Source: Acidimicrobiales bacterium
GTDB lineage: Bacteria; Actinomycetota; Acidimicrobiia; Acidimicrobiales; Aldehydirespiratoraceae
NCBI GenBank assembly: GCA_965207755.1
Contig: OZ242297.1
Span: forward strand, 2,375,406-2,439,405
Length of the DNA: 64,000 nt
Direction: 5' to 3'
Shown piece by piece: positions 55,294-63,495 of this stretch. The number at the start of each line of letters is the position of its first letter. The first letter of the stretch is position 1. A program made the translations under genes and the position numbers. The notes below the pieces were generated by a model. It saw only the letters and a program-made list of their open reading frames with translations. It made no database searches and was not told the DNA's origin.

Positions 55294-56627
55294 GCGTCCA
55301 CTAGGCCGAGCGCCCGCTCCACCTCAGCAGGATTCATCGAAGGAACCGCTCCGTAGCGGCCCTGCAAGTAGCGACGCTCCACGGCGTCGTCGCGTCGGGG
55401 AGCAAAGTCGGTGAGCGCGTAGAGCGACGCAACCCCGCCAAGATCCTTCTTCGTGAACCAGATCTGATCACGGCCGATGGAGCGCCGGTCGCTGTCCCCG
55501 AGGACGCCGGTGTCATGCGAGTTGAAGAGCAGTTGAGCACAGCGCGGATTCGTGTGCTCGTCCTGGAACAGTCCTACGAGACGCCTGACGAGATGAGGAT
55601 GCAGGCTCGCATCGAGTTCATCAACCAGCAGGACGGTCCCACCGTTCAGCGCGCTCAACATCGGACCAATCAGACCGAGCAATGCCCGGGTGCCCTGCGA
55701 CTCGTCCTCAGGCTCAATCTGCCGCTCACCGTCAGGACTGGAGTGAGTGAGCTTTATGACACCCTCGAGCATGAGTTCTTCATCAATGCCGGGCTCTTCC
55801 TCACTGCCTCGGGTGCGAGCGCGAAGAATCCTGCGAACTCGCTCCACGGACTCAGGGTCGGGCGGCTCCTTGCGGGCATCGGTGACGCCAAGATCGGCAT
55901 ACCGCAGCAGGCTCAGTACGTCGTCCTTCGTGCTCGGGGATTGCACCAGGTCGGCCGTCAGCGCCGACCCCCAGCCGCGCTTTGTCGGCTTCGTCAGGGA
56001 CAGATTCGATTGGAACCATCGATAGAGATCGACCAGGGCTTCGACTTCGACCGCGCCGGCAACGGAGAGCAGCAGATAGTGGCCGCGGGCGAGGCTCCGG
56101 AGAACACGGCCGGCGGATCGAAGGGGTGACCCCAGGGACATCCGGTCGGGTTCTCGGTGGAAGACCAGCGCCTGCCTGCCTCTGGGAAAGTGATAGGCGT
56201 ACTCGCTGAGGACCCGGTAGTCGTCGATCTCGAACCCGTACTGCCAGCGGACGCTCCCGACGATGAGTTCCACTTCGAAGCGTGAGGGGCGCTGTCTGCT
56301 CTCTGCGTCGAGCAGGAAGGGACGCCGACTCATTGATTCTGCAGGGTCCTTGCGGTGGAACGAACTCATGACGACGGATCGCATGTCGTCCATGGCCTCA
56401 AGGATCGCTGTCTTGCCTGATGCGTTAGCACCGAAGATCCCTGCGACAGGCAGCGCGTCGATCGGCTTGGATGTGCCCGAGACCGCAAGGCGACGCGCGA
56501 CGCCCTTCTCGGCCATACGCGTCCCCAACAGCGAGAGATGCACCTCGTCGCGATAGCAACGCACGTTTTCCGCGGTGAAGGACAGCAGTGCACTCATGCC
56601 CGATGAAGCAGCTATGGGCTCGCTCAT
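55290..56627 (-). CDS. AAA_21/AAA_15-type (ABC-like) ATPase, RloA/AbiLi-like
   Basis: Walker A GANASGKTA, Q/signature-like ESQGTRAL and Walker B plus H-loop LLVDELDASLHP. The stop overlaps the RloB start (ATGA). Confidence 0.8.
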   Translation of the reverse strand: MSEPIAASSGMSALLSFTAENVRCYRDEVHLSLLGTRMAEKGVARRLAVSGTSKPIDALPVAGIFGANASGKTAILEAMDDMRSVVMSSFHRKDPAESMSRRPFLLDAESRQRPSRFEVELIVGSVRWQYGFEIDDYRVLSEYAYHFPRGRQALVFHREPDRMSLGSPLRSAGRVLRSLARGHYLLLSVAGAVEVEALVDLYRWFQSNLSLTKPTKRGWGSALTADLVQSPSTKDDVLSLLRYADLGVTDARKEPPDPESVERVRRILRARTRGSEEEPGIDEELMLEGVIKLTHSSPDGERQIEPEDESQGTRALLGLIGPMLSALNGGTVLLVDELDASLHPHLVRRLVGLFQDEHTNPRCAQLLFNSHDTGVLGDSDRRSIGRDQIWFTKKDLGGVASLYALTDFAPRRDDAVERRYLQGRYGAVPSMNPAEVERALGLVDA

Positions 56628-56690
56628 GTAGTGACCTCTACCGGAACTCCTCAGAAATTACAATCAGAGAGAAGGTCTTCCCAAAGCCCG

Positions 56691-57467
56691 CTAGCGGAAC
56701 TCGTGCTTGCGGATGCCTTTGGGGTCGATGACGTCGCGGATGAGGCGGAGCTCCTCGTCGGTGGGGAGCCGGCTGGCCGGAACCTCGTCGGGCACGGCGA
56801 GCTCGAAGGGAGTGGCCGCCAGCACATCGTCGAGCGACACGCCGGGATGGACCGACCTGAGGCGCATGGTGCAGTCGGACGTCTCGAAGTCGTAGGCGGC
56901 GAGCTCCGTGACGACCCTGCGGATCTCGTGGAATCGGCCGCTGGCCTCGGGCAGCGCGGCCACCCGGTCATAGCCCGGCCCCGACACCACATCCACACGC
57001 TCGCAGAAGGTCCGGGCCTGGTCGGGGATCCAGTAGCTGGTGGTGTGGTTGATGACGTTGCCGGGCGCGCCGCGCAGCCCGAGGAGCTGGGCCTTGGGCT
57101 TGCGGTAGTCGCCGATGGCCGCGAAGTTCTGGTTGCCGTGCCGGTCGATCTGGCTGGCGCCCATCACCACATGGCGGCGACCCGACCACGCCTGGTCGAA
57201 GACGGCCCGGAACGGCAGGTAGCCCTCGACCACGACGCCTTCGTCCGCCGCGCCGGGACGGGTGACGGTCGCGCCCAGCGGCAGGGTGCCGGCGACCGCG
57301 TAGGCGATCGTGTCGGTGAGCATGAGGTCGGGCTCGAAGCTGGCCCTCGCCAGCCTCCCAGCGGCCACCGGGAACGGCCCCATCGGATGGCACAGCAGCT
57401 CCCCGTCCCCCCGGAAGGCCTCGGCCAGCGCAACCAGGCAGATCTCGTCGATGGCGGCGTCGCTCAT
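56691..57467 (-). CDS. CoA-transferase subunit B family (IpdB-like)
   Basis: The start is MSDAAIDE at 57467. Contains ..GASQIDRHGNQNF..LLGLRGAPGN.. Confidence 0.8.
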   Translation of the reverse strand: MSDAAIDEICLVALAEAFRGDGELLCHPMGPFPVAAGRLARASFEPDLMLTDTIAYAVAGTLPLGATVTRPGAADEGVVVEGYLPFRAVFDQAWSGRRHVVMGASQIDRHGNQNFAAIGDYRKPKAQLLGLRGAPGNVINHTTSYWIPDQARTFCERVDVVSGPGYDRVAALPEASGRFHEIRRVVTELAAYDFETSDCTMRLRSVHPGVSLDDVLAATPFELAVPDEVPASRLPTDEELRLIRDVIDPKGIRKHEFR

Positions 57468-57510
57468 CTGGCGTTCTCCGATCCCGCTCCCGGACCGGGC
57501 GCGCGCTCGC

Positions 57511-58440
57511 TCATCGATCCGCTCGGGCGGACTCGGCCCGATCGGCAAGGCGGGCCCGGCAGGCGCTCGACTCGCCGGATGCATGCCCGGCGCCTGCCGA
57601 CCCGGCCCGATCGGCAAGGCGGGCCCGGTAGGCGTCGTGGGACGGCAGGTCCAGCCAGCCGGCACGGAACCGGGCCCAGGCGTCGGGGTCGCTGGCCGTG
57701 GCCGCGTACTCCCTCTGGAAGGCCTCGTCGCGGCCGTAGTCGGGCGGGCACTCGGTGAAGTGGGCGCCGCCGGGCGCCTCCACCACGCCGTCGACGTGCA
57801 GGCGCGGGATCTTGAGCGTGTGGACGGAGCCCTCCTCGAGCAGGTCCCCTGTGGCCACCACCCGCTCGCACGACATGAAGGTGCGCTCGGCCGCCATGGC
57901 GAACAGGTCGTCGAAGTACAGGTCCGGCCCCAGGAACTGGCCGTTGCCGGCGGCGTCGGCCCGGTTCATGTGAACCAGCGACACGTCGAGGTCGAAGGCG
58001 GGCACGGCCACCAGCTCGGTGCCGTCGCCGTAGGGGCTGGTCACCGTCTTGAGGTCGGGGTTGTAGGTGAGCATGTCCGATCCCAGCCCCGCTCTGGTGG
58101 GGTAGAACGGCACGCGGTGCGCGGCCGCCAGCAGACCCAGGTAGAAGGCGCCCTCGTCGAACTCGCGGGCCTCCACCGAGCCGGTCTGGCGGGCGATCCG
58201 GAAGTGCGGCTCGAGCGGTATCGAGTCGAGCGACACGAAGCCGTAGGTGATCCGGCGGACCCGGCCCGCTGCGCACAGCAGGCCGACGTCCGGTCCGCCG
58301 TAGCTCACCACGTGGAGGTCGGTCAGGTCGCTGCGGAGCATGGCCCGCACCAGCGACATGGGCTTGCGGCGCGAGCCCCAGCCCCCGATGCCGATGGTCA
58401 TGCCGCTACTCAGTTCGGCGACCACCTCGTCCTCGGTCAT
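57511..58440 (-). CDS. CoA-transferase subunit A family (IpdA-like)
   Basis: The start is MTEDEVV at 58440. Contains SGMTIGIGGWGSRRKP. The tail is extended by an internal duplication. Confidence 0.8.
   Translation of the reverse strand: MTEDEVVAELSSGMTIGIGGWGSRRKPMSLVRAMLRSDLTDLHVVSYGGPDVGLLCAAGRVRRITYGFVSLDSIPLEPHFRIARQTGSVEAREFDEGAFYLGLLAAAHRVPFYPTRAGLGSDMLTYNPDLKTVTSPYGDGTELVAVPAFDLDVSLVHMNRADAAGNGQFLGPDLYFDDLFAMAAERTFMSCERVVATGDLLEEGSVHTLKIPRLHVDGVVEAPGGAHFTECPPDYGRDEAFQREYAATASDPDAWARFRAGWLDLPSHDAYRARLADRAGSAGAGHASGESSACRARLADRAESARADR
57534..57634 (-). repeat. 32-nt direct repeat (1 mismatch), 69-bp offset, in the 3' end of the IpdA-like gene
   Basis: CGGCCCGATCGGCAAGGCGGGCCCGG(C/T)AGGCG occurs at 57534-57565 and 57603-57634. 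The protein tail reads YRARLADRAG / CRARLADRAE. Confidence 0.8.
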
Positions 58441-58498
58441 GCGCTTGTCGGGCACCGCTCGACGGTAGAGCGTCCGGGCCAGTGGCGCTACCACCGGA

Positions 58499-58619
58499 CG
58501 AATTGGCAGCACAATGCACGCATACCGTGCATGACGCTGCCAATTCGCAGGCGCTGCCGAAGCCCACAGCGAATTGGCGGCAGCCAACACCCGATCGGGA
58601 ACCCTCCGCTGCCAATTCC
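58499..58619. promoter_or_regulatory. Two tandem palindromes built on GAATTGGCAGC in a divergent promoter region (candidate operator)
   Basis: CGAATTGGCAGC (58499-58510) pairs with GCTGCCAATTCG (58536-58547), with nested ATGCACG (58514-58520) / CGTGCAT (58526-58532). A second pair is CGAATTGGCGGCAGC (58570-58584) / GCTGCCAATTCC (58608-58619). Confidence 0.5.
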
Positions 58620-58682
58620 CTTGGGGCGATAGCCTCAGGGCAGCGCTGGGCCTGCTGGGCCCGCCGATCCGGGGAGCGCCTC

Positions 58683-59489
58683 GTGCCCGACAATCCTTTC
58701 GACATGACTGGCCGGACCGTGATCGTGACCGGCGCCACGATGGGCCTCGGCAGGGTGATCGCCGCCAGGTTCCTGGAGCACGGCGCCGACGTGGTCGCGT
58801 GCGCCCGCCGCGAGCCGGAGGCGCCCATAGCGGCCGGCAGCAGGGAAGCAGCCTTCGTGGCGGCCGACGTCCGCGACCCCGACCAGATCGGGGCTTTGGT
58901 TGCCGAGGCGGTCAGCCTAGCAGGGCGCATCGACGTGCTGGTCAACAATGCCGGCGGCGCTCCTCCCGCCGAGACGGCCACCGTGTCTCCCCGCTTCAAC
59001 GAGAAGGTGATCGCCCTCAACCTGGTCGCCCCGCTGACTTTCGCCCAGGCGGTGCATCCGGTGATGAGCGCCCAGGACGGCGGCGGGGTGATCATCAACA
59101 TCTCGTCGGTGGCCGGCATCCGCCCCACCCCCGCCGGTGCGGCCTACGGGGCGGCCAAGGCGGGGCTCGACAGCCTCACCCAGACGCTGGCCCACGAGTG
59201 GGGACCGTCCATCCGGGTGCTCAGCGTCATGGTCGGGCTGCTCCGCACCGAGCAGGCCCACCTCTACTACGGTGACGAGGCCGGCATCGAGGCCGTCGGC
59301 AGGACGCTCGCCCTCGGCCGCCTCGGCAGTCCGGACGAGGTCGCCGACGTGGTGCTGTTCTGCGCCTCGCCGCTGGCGTCGTTCATGTCGGGCGCGTCGG
59401 TGCCGGTTCACGGAGGCGGCGAGGCGCCCTCCTACCTGCTCGCCGCGACCGGCGAGGTGGCCAGGTACCGGCCCCGGCCGGAGTCGTGA
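58683..59489 (+). CDS. SDR family oxidoreductase
   Basis: Motifs VTGATMGLGRVIA, NNAGG and YGAAKAGL. The start is GTG 58683 (ATG 58704 is an alternative). Confidence 0.85.
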   Translation: MPDNPFDMTGRTVIVTGATMGLGRVIAARFLEHGADVVACARREPEAPIAAGSREAAFVAADVRDPDQIGALVAEAVSLAGRIDVLVNNAGGAPPAETATVSPRFNEKVIALNLVAPLTFAQAVHPVMSAQDGGGVIINISSVAGIRPTPAGAAYGAAKAGLDSLTQTLAHEWGPSIRVLSVMVGLLRTEQAHLYYGDEAGIEAVGRTLALGRLGSPDEVADVVLFCASPLASFMSGASVPVHGGGEAPSYLLAATGEVARYRPRPES

Positions 59490-59668
59490 CGGTCCCAACA
59501 CGCAGGGCGGGAAGCCGGGCCGTGCCAGCCGCGGCCCGGACGACCCGTGTCCGGTCGCCCCGCGTCGCGACAGGCGGGCCGGGAAGCCGGCCCGTGCCGC
59601 CTGGCGAGGGGCCCGGGCGCCTGCGTTTCCGGCCAGCCGCAAGACGCGGCGCCCGAAGCCGCGTCGCC

Positions 59669-59980
59669 ATGCTGATGATCGTCGCCGCCGCGCTGCTGGC
59701 GGCACCGGCCGGCGCATGGGCCCACGAGGATGAGGACGAGCCCCTGCCGGCCGACACCGGCAACGACCTCAGGCCGGTGTACGAGATTCCGGCCGGGGCC
59801 GACCGGATCATCGGCTCGCCCGATCCCGGACCCGATCCCCAGCACGCCGGCGACCGGGGCGGCAGCCTGCAGTTCGTCACTCTGGGCGCAGTCGCCGCCG
59901 CGGTCGCCTTCATCATGTGGCGCGTCGCCCGAGCCACCCGCCGAGCCTCGCGAGGGGTGCCGGCTCACAGCCGCGGCTGA
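59669..59980 (+). CDS. Hypothetical secreted/membrane-anchored protein (103 aa)
   Basis: Signal-like MLMIVAAALLAAPAGAWA, and a C-terminal TM segment (LGAVAAAVAFIMW) followed by a basic tail. Confidence 0.4.
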   Translation: MLMIVAAALLAAPAGAWAHEDEDEPLPADTGNDLRPVYEIPAGADRIIGSPDPGPDPQHAGDRGGSLQFVTLGAVAAAVAFIMWRVARATRRASRGVPAHSRG

Positions 59981-60328
59981 CGCCGAGGCTTGCGGGCAGC
60001 CCGAGATCAGCATTGCTCAACAGTCTCCTCGGGCTTGAGTCTTGAGACGTCCATGAGTGCCGCAATTCGCACGGCGACGCTCGATGCTTGCACCTGGTCA
60101 CGCGAGCGGGAGGCTTGCACTAAGCACCGGAGTCAGGGTTGAGGCAGGTCTCCCCGCCCAGGTCACGATAAAGAACGCAGCCACCGGCTATGCATACACT
60201 GAAGCCTGTCAATTCGATCTATGCGCGAATGGGGTTCCTTGTTACGTGCAGTATCTGCCCCAGTGCATTCCTGGTGTGACCTTCGGCGGCAGCGGTCTTT
60301 TCCTTGTCTTCAGGCACAATGGGAGTCG

Positions 60329-61336
60329 TCAGCGGGCGGTGACCTGCACCGCGACGGGGTGGTGGCAGGCGACGTAGTGGTCCGCGTCGCCGACCTGCTC
60401 GCTGACCGGCTCGACCTCGCCGCAGATGCCGGTCGCCCGCGGGCACCGAGTGTGGAACCGGCAACCGCCCGGGGGATCGGTCGCTGACGGCAGCTCGTCG
60501 CCGATGTCGCCCTCGCTCACGTCCACGGTCGGAGCAGGCTCGGGAATGGAGGCCAGCAGCGCCCGCGTGTAGGGATGGGCGGGATGGGAGTAGATCTCGG
60601 CGGTGTCGCCGATCTCGCACACCTTGCCCAGGTACATGACCACGATCCGGTCGCTGACGTTCTTCACCACCGACAGGTCGTGGGAGATGAACAGCACGGT
60701 CAGGCCGTAGCGACGCTTCATGTCCTGCAGCAGGTTCAGGATCTGGGCCTGGATGGAGACGTCGAGCGCCGACACCGGCTCGTCGCAGATCAGCACCTTG
60801 GGGTCGAGCGCCAACGCCCTGGCGATGCCGATGCGCTGGCATTGGCCGCCCGAGAACTCGTGCGGGCGCCGGGCCCCGTACTTCGCCTCCACGCCGACCG
60901 CGTCCATCAACTCGTCGATGCGGTCACGGCTCCACGACCCGATGTCGTCACCCCACACGGCAAGGCCCTCGGCTATCACGTCGCGGACCCGGCGGCGGGG
61001 GTTGAGCGAGGAGATCGGGTCCTGGAAGATCATCTGCACCTGCGGCCGGACCCGGCGAAGGTCCTCGCCCTCGAGGCCGGCGAGATCCTGGCCGGCGTAG
61101 AGCACCTCGCCGGCGGTGATGTCGACCAGGCGGATGATGGCTCGGGCGACCGTCGACTTGCCGCAGCCGGACTCGCCCACGATGCCGAGTGTCTCGCCCT
61201 CGGCGACGTCGAAGCTCACCTCCGACACGGCATGCACGACGCTCCTGCGGCCCGCGGGGAAATGCACCACGAGATCCTCGACCCGCAGCAGCACGTCGTC
61301 GCGGTCGCGCAGTTGGGCGTGGCCCGTCCCGGCCAT
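60329..61336 (-). CDS. Oligopeptide/dipeptide ABC transporter ATP-binding protein (OppF/DppF-like)
   Basis: Motifs [24 protein letters not shown] and [10 protein letters not shown], plus a C-terminal Cys motif [10 protein letters not shown]. Confidence 0.9.
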   Translation of the reverse strand: MAGTGHAQLRDRDDVLLRVEDLVVHFPAGRRSVVHAVSEVSFDVAEGETLGIVGESGCGKSTVARAIIRLVDITAGEVLYAGQDLAGLEGEDLRRVRPQVQMIFQDPISSLNPRRRVRDVIAEGLAVWGDDIGSWSRDRIDELMDAVGVEAKYGARRPHEFSGGQCQRIGIARALALDPKVLICDEPVSALDVSIQAQILNLLQDMKRRYGLTVLFISHDLSVVKNVSDRIVVMYLGKVCEIGDTAEIYSHPAHPYTRALLASIPEPAPTVDVSEGDIGDELPSATDPPGGCRFHTRCPRATGICGEVEPVSEQVGDADHYVACHHPVAVQVTAR

Positions 61337-61444
61337 CAGCCGCCCCCTCCGCCAAGGTCGCTGCCGCGGCCCGTCCCCGCCATCAGCCGCTCCCTCCGTC
61401 GCGGTCGCGCAGTTGGGCGTGGCCCGTCCCGGCCATCAGCCGCC
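61297..61444 (-). repeat. Tandem duplication of the D/F intercistronic junction (48-nt perfect repeat 100 bp apart plus a diverged middle copy)
   Basis: CGTCGCGGTCGCGCAGTTGGGCGTGGCCCGTCCCGGCCATCAGCCGCC occurs at 61297-61344 and 61397-61444. A middle copy is centred on CAT 61381-61383. Confidence 0.9.
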
Positions 61445-62518
61445 CTCTCCGCCGCGGTCGGTCACGGCCAGCCCGGCCGCGGTGGTGCCTGCGGCCCGGT
61501 TGGCGGCCATGGCGGCCATGCCCCGCTCGGTGCCGGTCGGGTGCAGGCACGCGAACCGGTGCAGCCCCACCAGCCCGCTCAAGGTGGGAACACCGCCGAG
61601 GCAGTCGGCCTGGGCGTAGACGCAGCGGGGCGCGAAGGCACACTCGTCGGGCGGGTCGATCAATTCGGGCGGCCGTCCCGGGATCGGGTCGAGCCGGTGG
61701 TGGACCGGGTCGTCGATGCGGGGGATCGAGCGCAGCAGCGCCTCGGTGTAGGGGTGGCGCATGTCGAAGAAGAGGCTGCGGGCGTCGGCAGTCTCCACGA
61801 CCCGGCCCGCGTACATCACGGCCACGTCGTCGGCCCGGCCGTGGGCCACTCCCAGGTCGTGGGTGATGAGGATCATCGACATCCCCCGATCGCGGCGCAG
61901 CCCGTCGAGCAGGTCCAGGAGATGCTTCTGCACGGTCACGTCCACCGCAGTGGTGGGCTCGTCGGCGATCAGCAGACGGGGCTGGCAGGCCAGGGCCATG
62001 GCGATGACCACCCGCTGGCGCAGCCCGCCCGACAGCTCGTGGGGGTACTGCGACACTCGCCGCGCCGGCTCGGGAATGCCCACCACGTTCAGCAGTTCCC
62101 GGGCCTCGGCCAGGGCCTCGCCCCGGGAGCGGCCGAGGTGGTAGCGGAGGGTCTCGGCGATCTGCTCGCCCACCTTCTTGACCGGATTGAGCGACGTCAT
62201 CGGGTCTTGGAACACCATCGTCATCTGCACCCCGAAGAAGTGCTTGACCTTCCCTGCGGCCAGGGCCCGCACGTCCTTGCCGTCGTAGGTCACCTCCCCG
62301 CTCACCCGGGCGGTCCGGGGCAGGAGGTTCATCAGGGTCTTGGCGGTGACCGACTTGCCCGAGCCCGACTCGCCCACGATGGCCAGGGTCTTGCCCTCGT
62401 AGAGGTCGAAGCTCACACCGTTGACCGCGTTGACGGTGCCCCGCTCGGTGGGGAACCGGACATGGAGGTCCCGCACCGACAGCAGCGGGGCACCGGCGGA
62501 AGCGGCCTGGTCCGCCAT
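61436..62518 (-). CDS. Oligopeptide/dipeptide ABC transporter ATP-binding protein (OppD/DppD-like)
   Basis: The start is MADQAAS at 62518. Motifs [18 protein letters not shown] and [10 protein letters not shown]. Confidence 0.9.
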   Translation of the reverse strand: MADQAASAGAPLLSVRDLHVRFPTERGTVNAVNGVSFDLYEGKTLAIVGESGSGKSVTAKTLMNLLPRTARVSGEVTYDGKDVRALAAGKVKHFFGVQMTMVFQDPMTSLNPVKKVGEQIAETLRYHLGRSRGEALAEARELLNVVGIPEPARRVSQYPHELSGGLRQRVVIAMALACQPRLLIADEPTTAVDVTVQKHLLDLLDGLRRDRGMSMILITHDLGVAHGRADDVAVMYAGRVVETADARSLFFDMRHPYTEALLRSIPRIDDPVHHRLDPIPGRPPELIDPPDECAFAPRCVYAQADCLGGVPTLSGLVGLHRFACLHPTGTERGMAAMAANRAAGTTAAGLAVTDRGGEGG

Positions 62519-63495
62519 CAGAAGGCCAGCTCCTTCACATCGAAGTACTGGCGTATGCGGTCGCCCGCGAAGTTCAACGACAGCACGGTCAAGAACATCA
62601 CCGCCACGGGGAACATCGCCACGTGGGTGGCGTTCTGCAGGTCGCGCAGGCCGGCGCCGTCGACGATCATCTTGCCCCACGAGATGGCGTCGTCGCCGGC
62701 CACCGACAGGCCCAGGAAGGCGAGCGAGCCCTCTGCCACCACGGCGATGGCCATCCCGAGCAGGGTCAGCGCCCCCATCGGGATCACCACATTGGGCAGC
62801 AGTTCCCGCACGATGATCCGGCCGTGGCGGGCGCCGATCACCCGGGCCGCGGCCACGAACTCGCGTTCGGCGTACACCAGGGTGGAGGCCCGTGCCAGCA
62901 GCCCCACAGGCGCCACTGCCAGGATCCCGATGGTGAGGCTCACCACCAGCAGGCTGCGCTCGAGGGTGGCGGTGATGAGGATGGCCAGCACCAGGGCCGG
63001 AAACGACAGCTGCACGAAGAACAGGAACCCCACCGCCTGGTCGAGACGGCCCCGGAAGTAGCCGGCCACGATCCCCAGAGCACCCCCGACAGCCATGCCG
63101 AACACGATGGCGAACCCGCCCACGGCCAGGCTGATGCGGGCGCCGTGCACGGTGCGGGAGAACACGTCGCGCCCCAGGGCGTCGGTGCCGAACCAGGCGT
63201 CGAACGAGGGAGATTCGCGGGGACCGGAGTAGGCGATCTCGGTGGGATCCGCGAGCGGGAGCATAGGCGCGAACACGGCCACGAACGCCATCGTCAGCAG
63301 CCAGGCCACCGCCACCCAGAAGGCGGGGCCCAGACGGCGGCGAACGGCGGCTTCGTCTCCGGCGGGGCCGTCGTCGGGCACTTCGGTGGGCCGGACGAGC
63401 CGGAGGACCCGGAAGCGCCAGAGCAGCCGCTGCCGGGAGGCTCTCCGGTCGCGGGACGCTCCCGGCCTGGGGGTCGTCCGGTCCTCGCCGTTCAC
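62518..63495 (-). CDS. Oligopeptide/dipeptide ABC transporter permease (OppC/DppC-like)
   Basis: GTG 63495 overlaps the upstream stop (GTGA). TM-rich with an EAA-like ..ARVIGARHGRIIVRELLPN.. loop. Confidence 0.85.
   Translation of the reverse strand: MNGEDRTTPRPGASRDRRASRQRLLWRFRVLRLVRPTEVPDDGPAGDEAAVRRRLGPAFWVAVAWLLTMAFVAVFAPMLPLADPTEIAYSGPRESPSFDAWFGTDALGRDVFSRTVHGARISLAVGGFAIVFGMAVGGALGIVAGYFRGRLDQAVGFLFFVQLSFPALVLAILITATLERSLLVVSLTIGILAVAPVGLLARASTLVYAEREFVAAARVIGARHGRIIVRELLPNVVIPMGALTLLGMAIAVVAEGSLAFLGLSVAGDDAISWGKMIVDGAGLRDLQNATHVAMFPVAVMFLTVLSLNFAGDRIRQYFDVKELAF

Noticed and set aside
60057-60377. Cys-rich ORF (..CQFDLCANGVPCYVQYLPQCIPGVTF..) as a RiPP/bacteriocin precursor.
   Set aside because: There are no adjacent modification, export or immunity genes. 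The ORF overlaps the end of the oppF-like gene and has no SD or credible start. It is kept only as part of the non-coding-region observation.
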